In this document: piece by piece, positions 27,001 through 40,725 of the stretch | How positions within the stretch are numbered: position 1 is the stretch's first letter | Layout of the letters: each line of letters starts with the position of its first letter | Origin: Camelus dromedarius | Taxonomy: Eukaryota | Length of the DNA: 64,000 bases | Direction: 5' to 3' | Assembly (NCBI RefSeq): GCF_036321535.1 | Contig: NC_087436.1 | Span: 87,670,001-87,734,000 of the forward strand | Notes under the pieces: generated by a model | What the model was told of the DNA's origin: nothing | What the model saw: the letters and a program-made list of their open reading frames with translations, nothing else | Database searches by the model: none | Made by a program: the position numbers and the translations under genes

Positions 27001-27966
27001 CAGAAAGCCACTGGCTGGACGACCCCACTCCAGTAATTTAGGAAGTTTCTCATGCTTGCCTTGGTCTTTCCCTGCTACGTTCTTACACATGAGATCATTG
27101 TGCCCAAGTCTGTTGATCATTCGACAGGGACAGGGCTGACCACAGGGCTGGTCTGGGTGTGAAGACTGGAAGGAATGGCAGCTCAGCTCAGCTAGGGAAA
27201 CTTCCACTTTGGTTCGCCACCCCTTCACCTAGAAAACAATGCAAAGTACATGCAAGCATTCAAAGATATGTGATAAGTCAAGCCAGGGGACATGGCTTTA
27301 CTAGGTCTCCCTTAGTTCTCAAAAGGCATGTCTGAAGGTGGGTGGTCTCAGCAGTTGGCAGAGGGAGACGAGCCCAAAGCTCAAATCCTGCTTTTTATAC
27401 CAATTTAGGCTGGGGCTGGAGCTGGCCAGCCACGTCACCTGAATCTAATGTTGAGGTCCTGGATCCATCACTTCTGACTGTGCCACAGTTACGTAGCCAG
27501 GTCTTACTTTTATGTTTTATTTCTCTCAGGGCAATGAGATCTATTCCTTAATCATCTGTTCCCATTCTCCTCAGGGGCTCTTCCAAACTTTCACCTCTCC
27601 TTGAACCTCCCACCTTTTCTTTCCCTCTCTCTCAGCAGAAATCTTTGAATCAGTCTCAAGAAAATCAAGGTCATAAGGGGAGAACCCTTAACTACCTCCT
27701 ACCCAGTTACAAATATCTTCTGGCTTCTGCTTCTCTCAGGGGAAAACTGGTCCCTCCCCTAGACCTCTTCCTGTGCCTTACAGTCCCTCCTGCTTCCTTC
27801 AGTCCTTCATTCCATCAGCATCTCCTTCCTCCCCTTGATCCTGAGAATACTCCAAATTCAAGAAAGGAGGGAGAAGTGGATATTCCCTGACCACAGGAAC
27901 ATGGAGCTGCTAGAACTTGTTTAACTTCTCTGTTGATCAGTGACAGCCTTGTGTCAGTACCTATGT

Positions 27967-28330
27967 GTGATACTGTGATTTATAATAAAGAGTATTTGTT
28001 TTTCGTCCCAGTTCCTGGCACCGAGCTACTAAAATCCTTGTAATTTCCCTAAGTGACTGGAAATTATGGTGTCTTTTGTTATGTTAATGAGATAGTTTTT
28101 AGAAAGCCCCTAGGTAACCTGAGGATGGGGCTGGTTGCTAGGGGAACCAGCTCTGTGATTAGAGGTTTGGAGCTTTCAGTCCTAGCCCAACCCCCCATCT
28201 CAAGAGAAGGGGCTGGAGATTGGTTAAATCATTGGCTATAGATGATTGAACTCAATCAGGCCTATGTTATGAAGCCTCCTTAAAAACCCAAAAGGGTAGG
28301 GTTCAGAGAGAGATTTCGGGTTGATGACAA
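27967..28330 (+). mobile_element. MER21-like LTR fragment
   Basis: tgtgatactgtgatttataataa...ttcctggcaccgagct...ggatggggctggttgctagggg, characteristic 5' part. Confidence 0.7.
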
Positions 28331-31004
28331 AGAGAGCACCTTGTGCCTGGCAGAACCCTTGCAGTGTGGGAGACAGCCCCATGGTGGGCTCTGGGATGCT
28401 GGGAAGCAGTTCCTTCATCAGGGAACACACTTTATCATCTCTTGCTTTACTTGATGCCTCAGGACCTTCTATATCCTTTACCATTAAAGGATATTTCTTC
28501 TGTCAGTATCTTTCTTCTGTTGGTATCATTTCACCAATTATATTGTTATCTCTTGGTGACAACCACAAACTCTTCAGTCCTGAAGTCCAACCTCTCTGCT
28601 GCTTCTATCGCTATCTTTGTGTACCTCGCTGAAGCTCCCTAAGGAGAGTCCTAGGCTGAGCCCCCATCTGTCCCTATAATGCCCAGATCTCCAAAAGGAA
28701 TCCTCAGCTTCAACTGAATCAGTCTTTCTGGTCTACCACTTATAAGTGGCTGAGGCCACTCACACCTGATCAGCACAAGACCTCCCATCCGGGGGTCCTT
28801 CCTAATTCTTCAGTCTGTTGATTTTCTATTTACCCCAGTCCCCTCTCTGCATGCTTATAAATGTTAGTGCTTATGTTCCCAATTTCACATAGGAAAACAT
28901 ACAATTAAAGTTAATATTAAGACAATGATTATACTGAGAATCCAAAAATCAAACTTAACGGAGAAGGAATAAGGTTTGGAAGGTTTTGTGAGCACTTTAA
29001 CACATGCACAATAGGTTGCTAAAAGGCACCTATTTTATTCAGTGGTTTGGGGAGTATATGTGACAGGATTACAACCCTTGTCCAAGTCCTACTCTCAAGA
29101 TGCAATATGTAGGAGCCATGACAGGGAATGAAGCCAAAATAAGCAAGTTAGAGACAAAATGCAGTGGCTTTCAATATTAAAAGTTGGCCCCAAACTCTTT
29201 GGCGAGTGAGGTCACTAGTAAGGAGGACAGCCACAGCCCCTTTTATCCTAACTCATCTAGAGAACCCCAGTTAGAATTCCAGCTATTCCAATTTAGGCAA
29301 TTCTGAGGTCTCTGCTTGAAAGGGTCAGAGGGAAAAACCAAATCTCTTTAGCTTTCTCACAGCCAGGATTCTTCAGTGATTGCAAAGGAATTTCTCTCAA
29401 AGGACTGAATGCATTTCTTTGGGAGAAGAGATTTACATTTTAAATGGTTTTTTTTTTAATTTCCATTTAATTACTATAGTCAATTTTTGCTTTTCAGTTC
29501 CCAGTTATCATTCTCAGCACAGCTACTCACTCACCATCATTTCTAAGCAAGTACTTTTATACATGGGATGATTTTAGTTTTTTGTTATGGCAATCGAAGA
29601 GAAATGTTCGGAACAAATTCAGGGGGGTAAAAACAAACTATTTTCTGCTGCATGTGCCAAAAGTGGCGAGCATGACTTACTTTGGATTATCTTCTGCCCT
29701 ACAAGTAAACAGGGCCAGAAAGCCTGATGTATTATTTCCTCATGTGATGGTTTTTCTTTTTTTCTTTCTAGCTATGACAAAATTCCAAAGGCAGTTCTTT
29801 TCTAAAAGAATCATAAAAGCTTAATCTTCTGCCTAAAAGTTCAGGTTCAAATCACATCAGGATTTGGGGGTAACATTCAAATGAGTCATTTCAACATGAT
29901 GTAGTGCGTGTCAGGGCACCTTGGGGAACAGGTTTTGCCTTCCTATAGGTTTGAACAAATTGAAAAAAATTTCCATCCAAAAGTAGCTCTTTTCCTCATT
30001 TCTGTAGCCCTGGGGCTTGACCCAGTGATCATCCTCTCTTTATGGGTAATATGGTTCATTTTCTGGTTCACTTTCCTCTTCGCCCCATTATTTCAAAAAC
30101 CTATCTTTAAAAATGCCTTTTCCTTTAAAGTGATCTTCCTGTAACTTCCCTTCACAGGTCTGTCTGCAGTGCACTTCAGCTGGGTTGTTTTTGTTACTTG
30201 TTTTTGTCTTGAGCAGGCATTAGTGACTCAATCTCTCTCCAGTCTACCTTGTTTCAGTTGCATTGCAGGAGAACTTTGTTTCAATTTTCTATTAGTGGAT
30301 AATGTGCTCCCCGACCTTCTGCCATTTGCCATAGGCCAGGCTAAGAAGTCCCTGTCCTAAGATTGGTCACCTCCCACTCCTCGCCATCCGTTTAGGGTAA
30401 GCATTTCCTTTATCGCCATCCGCCGTCCACCCTCAGCCTTTGTGGATGTCTGGAAGAACAGGGATTTTCCTGGTCTGATCCTTAGCTTTGGCCCAAATTA
30501 TAGTTGAAAGAACCACTTACATCACCAATTGAAACTGTGCGTACCTGGATCCTGTTTTCCAGGAATCCTGTTTGTCCACCTCCTCTCTCGCTTTTTAAGC
30601 TTCTAAAAGTCTTAAAGTCTGTATCAGTCCTTCTTGGATTATCTGATCTTTACACGAGGTTTCAGGACCTGACGATTCTTGGCCAACTGGGAACTCTTCC
30701 TTCCATGTCTACTTCCCCGGCATCTACTCTGGGCCTGAGGTTCTGGCACCAAGGAGCTAAGATTCTAGTGTAAGACAATTTTAGAAACTGATAACCAGGA
30801 CTGATACACACTCAGGGACTCAGTGGGTTGTAGCCTTGGAGGCAGCAGAAATGGTCACTTCTCCCTGGCTCCTGGCACATAGTAAGCACTCAATTATTAG
30901 CTCAGTGTTTAGAAATACACAACATAACGGTAGCAAATTTTAAACTGGTTTTTTTTTTCTTTTTTGGCTGAGGAGTGTTTGTACTATCTTTAATGAAAAC
31001 ATTA

Positions 31005-31440
31005 AAATACTGTATCTGGAACTATTCTAGATTAAAAGAAACTAAAGAGGCATGATGGCTAAATACATTGTTTATCCTTGGATTAAAAATAAAGTAGTTA
31101 CCAAGGCCATTATTGGTACAAAGCGGGAGATTTTAGTCTGGATTGTGTATTAGGTAATCATACTGTATCAATGTTTATTTCCTGAGTATGATCACAGTAC
31201 TCTGGTAAGAATGTCCTTGTTTCAAAATATGAAGTGTCAATAATGTAATTTAGGATGGTTCAGAGAAAACATTATCATGTATTGTTAAGGAGAAGTACAC
31301 ACACTCAGAACATCACCCACTGGAAGACCTAGGGAACAGGTGTAGGGGTGTTTATTATGTCATTCTTGCATCTTCCTTCTATAGCTTTGAAATTTTTCCA
31401 TATAAAAAGTTGGGGAAAAATAAAGAAGAATAAAAAATAA
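31005..31440 (+). mobile_element. Old L1MC-like 3' end (target of the young L1 insertion)
   Basis: ggaactattctagattaaaagaaactaaagag...tttgaaatttttccatataaaaag. Confidence 0.65.
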
Positions 31441-31717
31441 AATACTTTAAAACCACCTCCAAGGAGGCCAAGATGGCGGAGTAGTAGGACGCACGTAGCT
31501 CACCCTCTCCCACAGATACACCAAGACTCACATCTACAGACCCATTCAGCCAACTAGAGTACCTGCGGAACTCCAACAGAACACTGTCCTCTTCAAAAGG
31601 CAAAGATGCTAAAAATCTGTTTTATTCCTACATAGGCATTAGATAGATAAATAAATAAACTCCTTTAAGGACCACAATAGATAACTGATACTCCATAAGC
31701 CACAGTACCAGAGACAT

Positions 31718-32619
31718 ATGAGCAAGATGAAGAAACAGAGGAACCATTCCCAATTAAAAGAACAAGAGAAATCCCCTGAAAGAATGATCAATGAAATAGA
31801 CATCGATAGCCTACTAGATCAAGACTTCAAAAAAGGAGTGATCAAAGTATTGAAGGAACTAAAAGAGATAGTGTTTAGAGATATAAAATATGTCAAAAAT
31901 GAAATTGAAGCTATAAAGAAGAACCAAACAGAATTGGTAAACTCATTGGCTGGGATGAGAACAGATCTAAAGGCTATGCAAAGCAGACTAGATAATGCAG
32001 AGGAACGAATTAGTGACCTAGAAGACAGGACAACAGAAAGCACCCAATCAGAACAACTGCAAGATAAACAAATAAAAACAAATGAAAGCAACATAAGGGA
32101 CCTATAGGATAACATAAAGCGTTCCAATCTTCACATAATAGGGGTCCCAGAAAGGGAAGAAAGATCAAAGGGGATTGTAAAGGTTTTTGAAGAAATCATG
32201 ACTGAAAACTTCCCAAACTTAAAGAAGGAATCAGATATCCAAATACAGGAAGCTCAAAGGTCCCAAACAGGAAGAACCCAAACAGACCCACACCAACACA
32301 TACCATAATCAAGATGGCTAGAGTCAAGGATAAAGAAATGATCCTAAGGGCAGCAAGAGAAAAGCAAAGAGTGAGTTACAAGGAAACCCTCATAAGGCTC
32401 TCAGCTGATTTCTCTACACAAACACTACAGGCCAGAAGGGAGTGGCAAGATATATTCAAAGTCCTGAATGAAAAAAAGATGCAGCCTAGGATACTTTATC
32501 CAGCAAGGCTATCCGTTAGGATAGAAGGAGAGATAAAGAATTTCACAGACAAGTAAAAACTAAAAGAGTTTAGCAACACTAAACCCATGCTAAAAAATAA
32601 ATTGAAAGGTCTACTATAA
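31718..32619 (+). pseudogene. L1 ORF1p, disrupted
   Basis: MSKMKKQRNHSQLKEQEKSPE..., coiled coil, RLSADFS...ARREW, YPARLS motifs; stops at 32105 and 32554 plus a frameshift. Confidence 0.92.
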
Positions 32620-32996
32620 ATAGAAAAGAAGCAGGATGCTACAGAAATGAGAAACTCATAACTGGAAAGGTGATAACTCATGAATTACAAATAAAATAAA
32701 CACGAAATTGTAAAAGAAGACATTTAAATCATTAAGAGTGGGAGAGGGAAGCAAGAAAATACAGAGTATTTTTTTTCTTTCTTTTTTAAATTTTTTGTTT
32801 TCGGTAGGATGGGTTCGAGATACAGTAATGGGCTAATAGACTTAGAGAAAAGGGTAACCACAAGCCAAAAACTTCCAAGGGAGTCACAAAAACTAAATAA
32901 AATCCATGATAATACAAAGGAAGATTACCAAACCACAAAAGGAAGAAGAAAGGAACAAAGAGGATATACCAATTTAACTGCAAAGATAAGTTCAAA

Positions 32997-35900
32997 ATGG
33001 CAATAAACACACATCTATCATTAATTACTGTAAATGTTAATGGACTAAATGCTCCAGTCAAAAGACACAGAGTGGCAGACTGGATAATAAAGCAAGAACC
33101 TTCAATATGCTGCATACAAGAGACCCACTTTAGGGAGAAGGACACATATAGATTGAGAGTGAAAGGATGGAAAAGGATATTCCATGCAAATGGAAAAGCC
33201 AAAAGAGCAGGTGTGGCAGTACTGATTTCAGACAAAATAGACTTTAAAACAAAGGCCATAAAGAAAGATAAAGAAGGACATTTTATAATGATTAAAGGAG
33301 TGATACAAGATGAGGGTATTACACTCGTTAATATATATGCACCCAATATAGGAGCACCTAAGTACATAAAACAATTACTAACAGAGATAAAGGGGGATAT
33401 TGATAGGAATACAATCATAATTGGAGATTTTAACACCACATTAACATCACTAGACAGATCTTCCAGACAGAAAATAAATAAGGTAACACAGAAATTAAAT
33501 AATACATTACAAAAATTAGATTTGGTGGATATTGCAGAGCATTACACCCCCCCAAAATAGGATATACATTCTTTTCAAGTGCACATGGAACATTTTCCAG
33601 GATTGATCATGTACTTGGGCACAAAAGAAACCTCAGCAATTTTAAGAAGATAGAAATTATCTCAAGCATCTTTACTGACGACAATGCCATGAAACTAGAA
33701 ATCAACAACAGAGAAACAAAGGAGAACAAAAGGAAAGCATGGAGATTAAACAATATGTTATTAAAAAACCAATGGGTCAATGAGGAAATCAAAGCTGAAA
33801 TTAAAAAATACCTTGAGACAAATGAAAGTGAAAGCACAACCACACATAATTTATGGGACACGCAAAGGCAGCGCTAAGAGGGAAGTTTATAGCGATACAG
33901 GCCTTCCTCAAAATAGAACAATCTCAAATAAACAATTTAACCCACCAGCTGAATGAACTAGAAAAAGAAGAACAAAAAACCCCAAAAGGCCGCAGAAGGA
34001 AGGAAATTATAAAGATAAGGGAGGAAATAAATAAAATACAGATTAAAAAGACCATAGAAAAAAATCAATCAAATCAAAAGCTGGTTTTTTGAAAAAGTAA
34101 ATAAAATCGATAAACCTCTGTGGCCAAACTCACAAAGAAGAAAAAAGAGAGAGCACAAATTAGCAAAATAAGAAAGGAAAATGGAGAAATTACAACAAGT
34201 AAAACAGAAATACAGAATATCATATGAAAATATTATGAAAAACTATATGGAACCAAACTGGATAACCTAGAAGAGATGGACAAGTTTCTGGAAACATACT
34301 GTCCACCAAGACTGAATCAAGAAGAAACTGACCACTTGAACAAACTGATCACTAGAAATGAAATCAAAATAGCAATAAAAAACCTCCCTACAAATAAAAG
34401 TCCAGGACCGGACAGCTTCACCAGGGAATTCTACCAAACATACAAAGAAGAAGTCATACCACTCCTTCTGAAACTCTTCCAGAAGACTGAAAAGCAGGGA
34501 ATACTCCCAAACTCATTCTATGAAGCCACCATCACCCTGATACCAAAACCAGGCAAAGACACTACAAAGAGAGAGAATTATAGGCCAATATCACTGATGA
34601 ACATAGACGCCAAAATCCTCACCAAAATTTTAGCAAATAGAATCCAACAACACATAAAAAAGATTATACATCATGACTAAGTGGGGTTCATCCCAGGGAC
34701 ACAGGGTGGTTCAACATACGCAAATCAATCAATATAACACATCACATCAACAAGAGAAAGGACAAAAACCACATGATCATCTCAATCAATGCAGAAAAAG
34801 CATCTGATAAAATTCAACACCCATTTATGATAAAAACTCTCACCAAAGTGGGTATAGAGGGGACATATCTCAACATCATAAAAGCTATATATGACAAACC
34901 TACAGGCAGCATAGTACTCAACGGTGAAAAACTCAAAAGCTTCCCACTAAAATCTGGGACAAGGATGCCCACTATCACCACTCCTATTCAACATAGTCCT
35001 GGAAGTCCTAGCCACAGCAGTCAGGCAAGAGAAAGAAATAAAAGGGATCCAAATTGGAAAAGAAGAGGTAAAAGTGTCATTATATGCTGATGACATGTTA
35101 CTATATATAGAAAACCCTAAAAGGTCCACACAAAAGCCACTAGAGCTGATTGAAGAATTCAGCAAGGTAGCAGGTTACAAAATTAACGTTCAAAAATCAG
35201 TTGCATTTCTTTACACTAACGATAAATCAACAGAAGAAGAAAGTAAAGAAACAATCCCCTTTAAAATAGCACCCAAAGTAATAAAATATCTGGGAATAAA
35301 TCTAACCAAGGAGGTGAAAGAATTATACACAGAAAACTATAAACATTGATGAAGGAAATTAAAGAAGACTTTAAAAAATGGAAAGATATTCCATGCTCTT
35401 GGATTGGAAGAATCAATATTGTTAAAATGGTCACACTGCCCAAGGCAATCTACAGATTTAATGCAATCCCTATCCAATTACCTAGGACATACTTCACAGA
35501 ACTAGAAAAAATCATAATAAAATTCATATGGAACCATCAAAGACCTAGAATTGCCAAAGCATTACTGAAGAGAAAGAAAGAGGCTGGAGGAATAACTCTC
35601 CCAGACCTCAGACAATACTATAGAGCTACAGTCATCAAGACAGCATGGTATTGGTACCAAAACAGACATATAGACCAATGGAACAGAAAAGAGAGCCCAG
35701 AAATGAACCCACAAACTTTTGGTCAACTCATCTTTGACAAAGGAGGCAAGAATATACAATGGAATAAAGACAGTCTCTTCAGCAAATGGTGCTGGGAAAA
35801 CTGGACAGCAGCATGTAAAACAATGAAGCTAGAACACTCCCTTACACCATATACAAAAATCAACTCAAAATGGATCAAAGACTTAAACATAAGACAAGAT

Positions 35901-36790
35901 ACAATAAAACTCCTAGAGGAAAATATAGGCAAAACATTATCTGACATACATCTCAAAAATTTTCTCCTAGAAGAAATAAAAGCAAGAATAAACAAATGGG
36001 ACCTAATGAAACTTACAAGCTTCTGCACAGCAAAGGAAACCAGAAATAAAACAAGAAGAAAACCTACGGAATGGGAGAAAATTTTTGCAAGTGAAACCGA
36101 CAAAGGCTTGATCTCCAGAATATATAAGCAGCTCATACGACTCAATAAGAAACAACCGAACAACCCAATCCAAAAATGGGCAGAAGACCTAAACAAGCAA
36201 TTCTCCAAGGAAGACATACAAATGATCAAAAAGCACATGAAAAAATGCTCAATATCACTAATTATCAGAGAAATGCAAATCAAAACTACAATGAGGTATC
36301 ACCTCACACCAGTCAGAATGGCCGTCATTCAAAAATCCACAAATGACAAACGCTGGAGAGGCTGTGGAGAAAGGGGAACCCTCCTACACTGCTGATGGGA
36401 ATGCAGTTTGGTGCAGCCACTATGGAAAACAGTGTGGAGATTCCTCAAAAGACTAGGAATAGACTTACCATATGACCCAGGAATCCCACTCCTGGGCTTG
36501 TATCCAGAAGGAAATCTACTTCAGGATGACACCTGCACCCCAATGTTCATAGCAGCACTAGTTACAATAGCCAAAACATGGAAACAGCCTAAATGTCCAT
36601 CAACAGGTGACTGGATAAAGAAGAGGTGGTATATTTATACAATGGAATACTACTCAGCCATAAAAACCGACAACATAATGCCATTTGCAGCAACATGGAT
36701 GCTCCTGGAGAATGTCATTCTAAGTGAAGTAAGCCAGAAAGAGAAAGAAAAATACCATATGTGGAATCTAAAAAACAAAAACAAAAACAC
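32997..36790 (+). pseudogene. L1 ORF2p (endonuclease / reverse transcriptase / C-terminal domain), disrupted
   Basis: NVNGLN, QETH, GDFN (endonuclease); YRPISL, YADD (RT); split across several ORFs by frameshifts and stops. Confidence 0.95.
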
Positions 36791-37174
36791 AAAGCATAAA
36801 TACAAAACAGAAACAGACTCATAGACATAGAATACAAACTTGTGGTTGCCAAGGGGGCGGGGGGTGGGAAGGGACAGACTGGGATTTCAAAATTGTAGAA
36901 TAGATAAAGAAGATTATACTGTATAGCACAGGGAAATATACACAAGATCTTATGGTAGCTCACAGAGAAAAAAATGTGACAATGAATACATATATGTTCA
37001 TGTATAACTGAAAAATTGTGCTCTACACTGGAATTTGACCCAACATTGTAAAATGATTATAAATCAATAAAAATTGTTAAAAAAAAATAAAAATTAGAAA
37101 AAAAATAAAACTACCTCAAGAGGTTTTGAAGAAAAAGCCAAAGAAGAGAAGAAAGAATTCACAAATCAGTTCTG

Positions 37175-40100
37175 AAACCAAACACAAATACTTTTTATTT
37201 ATGAGATATCATTTTACATCAATTCCATTAAAACCTAAAACCAGTTTGCTGTACTCAAGTTAGGTGGCATAACAGTATTTCAGTTAAGCTGGGAGTCACA
37301 GGACCTGCACACGTTCATGAAGGTAATGCAAATACTGACGACACGAAGCATTCACAGTCACAGGTTAGCTGCTGTTCACTTAACAGTAACCCCGAGAGAA
37401 ATGGTTTTATGAAAAAAGCAACCCACATTTTGGTCTCATTTACAGACACCCAACATTTTAGTTGGTCAATGAATTCTATACATTTATTATACAACGTATG
37501 AAAGAATAAAAGATAAGGCTTACAGAGGTATTTTAGCAGTTGTAAGAATAAAAACCAAGGGCACAAACTAACTTTTAAAGCTTTCTGTATAAACTTCAAA
37601 AGCACTGTTAAGATGGAGGCTGAGAGGCTACAGACATCTGTTGTTAAACCAGAATCTAGAGGTTGGTCTAGTCAGATTTATAAAAACTTAATTCGGAGGT
37701 CATGCTTCAAATAAGCTGCACGTAACATTACAGAGGGCGTTTATGGCAAATCAAATAATGAAATTTCTGACCTACCGCAGCAGCAAACATCTAAAAGTTG
37801 TATTCCGTTATGACGGAGTAACTGCAGCGTGGAGTTCAAAGCACGATGGAAGAGAAAGGGCGGAGGCGTAGGTGACAAAAGAAACCCAGAAGGCACCCTC
37901 ATTCACTCAGCGTTATTAGCTCACGAGGACGTGCTCGGTGACTGCTCAGTGTTACGTAACTTAGGGACGTCTTTAAGAAAAAGTATCTTATTACTCTGGC
38001 CCCTCTTCCTCCCCTTAAAAATTAACTGCATAAACTCAAGAAAACCAAGGGCAAGCACTCTGTGGCCACAGAGATTTATTTTTCAAGGGAGTTCAGAGAT
38101 TATCTGGACTTTCCTAAATATGCAAGGTTATCCTTTTGGAATACTGACCTTCATATTATACATCATGAAATAGTTTTTACTTGGCTTCTCCAAAACCCCT
38201 ATCATCAAAATGTTCGCTGTGGTTGAAATGTAACATCGTCCCCGTAACAGTCTTTTTATTTTAGGATTAACTGTGCTTAGTGTTTTAAAAATTCTCCAGT
38301 CTCTAACAATACCTTTTAAAATAATTTCTATGATTTATACTTGATTTAAACAAAATAAATGTTTGATCAAATTTCAGAACTGCTGCTTTTAAGGTGTGAT
38401 TTTTTTTTTTTTTTAACTTTACGGGATACTTCTGAAAAAGGAACCAAGTTCTCCACAGATTCGAACCGGCCTACGGCCAGTCGCCACTGGAACCCCAGGC
38501 ACCTGTCGGAATGGAAACCCTTCCAGCACCTCCGTCTCAGGAACTGTGCTTGCCGTCCACACCTTCTTTTCTTTTCAGAGATTAATTTGTGCAAACTGGT
38601 GTGAATGCATAAGGTAGAAGGGAGTCTACAACTTCTAAACAAGGAATGATGAAGTATGCTTAATCACTACAGAGTTTTCCAAACTTCTGTTTATTTCACA
38701 GCAAACCAAACCTTTCTATTTGGTAGAAAAAGGAAGTAATTTCATTCTACCGTATCATGATTTTGTATATGCACACACACTGTATATACATACAAAATTT
38801 CTGTCTTTGGTGGTTCAGTTAGGGAAAAAATAATATGAAAATCTGAACACTGTTTACAAAGAAACCGTGAAATCGTGGTCAAGAGTAGCATTGTCTGTGT
38901 GCTTTACTCACGTGATGCCATTAAAGGTTCACATTTGACCCAAAAGATTTGGGGGCCAGATTCTGGAATAATCCAAACCTCCTCTGACCGTTGCATGTTC
39001 CATCATGGAGTCTGCTCACAACTACAGCATTCACTTGTTCAAATGCACCATTAGTTTTTTTATTCACTTGGTTTAAGTCATTAGACTTTTGTGTTTTCAC
39101 AAAACTTTAGGGACTAAATTAGTCATTCAATAGCACCAGATAGTTGAGGGAGAAACACACTATAGTTATCTATACATTTCCTCGAGAAGCGTAAGACAAG
39201 CTAAAGAAGGAAAAGACGTGAAATACAAACCTAAAAATACCGTCCTGTTTACTCTTGCTTCCTCATCGACACACATAATGGCTATCACCCCTCTGTCCAC
39301 ATTACTCAGGCAATGACGAGCGGCCCCTCCGGGAAAGGTCCCACCGTGTAACAGAGTTACTAGCTCAGTGCTGGTGGTGTCGTGTCCACTGCCTGCAATG
39401 GACAGTCTGCCAGGAAAAGCCTAGCGTGAAAGAAACGAAAAAGGAAAACAAAACAAAACAGAACACCTCTCACTTATAGTATAGTTCTTTTCCCTGCAAA
39501 ACTTAGAAAATTAGACACCATGAAAGCATAACTAAATAGTTAAGCCACAACTAAACGTGCTCCGTAGTTCTAAGTTGCCAGCAAAATCACTAGGTTTTCA
39601 TGGAGGCGGCAGAATAAGTTTTACTTAGAATGGCATGGAAAGCATCAGCAGACCAAACACTGACTAGAGGAATGCAAAAGAAAAAATATATATATTAAGA
39701 AAATTTACAAGAGTTTAAAACCCATGGGAAAATAAAGGTGCAATTGTAATTTGTTCATCTGTACCTATACTCAAAATATAACAGCTTTCAGCTTTAACAT
39801 TAGAAAATCAAAACCTACACCCTGCGTGGTAGAAAAGACTTGTGGCATGGTACCTGTCTCTACGTTCAATTATTATAACTCTCATCATTTAAAAATGCTA
39901 TTATTTCAGTAAACCACACTGTATTTGGCATATGCCTCTGAGAAGTTATGACTCCCCTCTCCTAAAAGTTGGCCTCTTAAACAGGAAGGTTAATTATTCT
40001 GGCTTCATTTGCATATGGTTAACGGTTGTTCTGTCTTGTTTTCTGAAATGCTACATTTGAGACCAAATAAAAGTATAATCCGTTCATTTGAAAAAAAGGG

Positions 40101-40461
40101 ACTAGAAATATGCCACAAAAGTTATTTTACAATACATTTTTGCAGAAATAATCTCTAGGTGAAGCTTTTTCTTTTTATACACATATACAAAATTTAAACA
40201 GCAATATACACATAATCACAGTGAGGACGTTGGCAAATTCACCAATCTGTAGTGTAAATACAAACTGCAAAGCAGCCTTCCAAGAGAACAATGCTACACA
40301 GCAAGCAGAGCTGGCCCATTCAACAGCAAACACCAACATGGCCCTGCCAAAGGGAGACAGTGCAAGAAAAGCGGCATGCGCTTGGGTATAAACAGCAATT
40401 TATGGCTAATGGTTGACATAACTGTGGTAACAGTGACTCTCTCGCTGCAATGCGTGAAGTC
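37175..40461 (-). other. DCUN1D4: DCUN1D4 3'UTR (~3.3 kb; 3' end approximate)
   Basis: AT-rich, TE-poor sequence from the stop codon to an AATAAA followed by a U/GU-rich element. Confidence 0.7.
37194..37199 (-). terminator. Polyadenylation signal AATAAA, likely distal DCUN1D4 site
   Basis: tttatt on +; downstream on the minus strand is tgatttgtgaattctttcttctcttctttgg (U/GU-rich). Confidence 0.7.
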
Positions 40462-40517
40462 CTAGGACATCTGTTTGTCTTTATACCACTCCACAAACTC
40501 GTCCAACAAAACTGGCC
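40462..40517 (-). CDS. DCUN1D4: DCN1-like protein 4, last coding exon ([18 protein letters not shown])
   Basis: ctctccag| acceptor; T+GG = Trp of the AWP motif; TAG stop at 40462-40464. Confidence 0.97.
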
Positions 40518-40622
40518 CTGGAGAGAGACAGAGAGAAAACAGCACAGCCATGAGCTCTTCAGGACGAGGTAGAGCAGCGGGTGGGCGGCGACGGGTGAAG
40601 GGCCGCGCGGCCCGGTACTCAC

Positions 40623-40725
40623 ATGCTCCATCTTCATCGTAGTTGCTGAGGTCCAGGTTAATTGTTCTGCTAAACTCTAGCACATTGCACCACTGGTCTT
40701 TGTTAATAACTTTATATTTTGATTG
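40623..40725 (-). CDS. DCUN1D4: DCN1-like protein 4, penultimate coding exon ([34 protein letters not shown]), 103 bp
   Basis: ccatcag| acceptor, |gtgagt donor; conserved DCN1-family KDQW...NYD motif. Confidence 0.97.

Larger units (their letters stand above)
31462..37110 (+). mobile_element. LINE-1, young lineage-specific copy with both ends present and a short 5'UTR; inactivated
   Basis: 5' GGAGGCCAAGATGGCGG (YY1 site), ORF1, ORF2, 3'UTR, AATAAA 37066-37071, poly(A); TSD AAAAC(C/T)ACCTC at 31449-31459 and 37107-37117 after a TT|AAAA site. Confidence 0.96.

Noticed and set aside
1..31000. LRRC66 exons, expected from synteny 3' of DCUN1D4
   Set aside because: No leucine-rich repeat or LRRC66-like peptide recognised in any frame; the gene probably lies outside the window
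35346..36395. 349-aa ORF, the longest in the window
   Set aside because: Fragment of disrupted L1 ORF2, not a host gene or an active element
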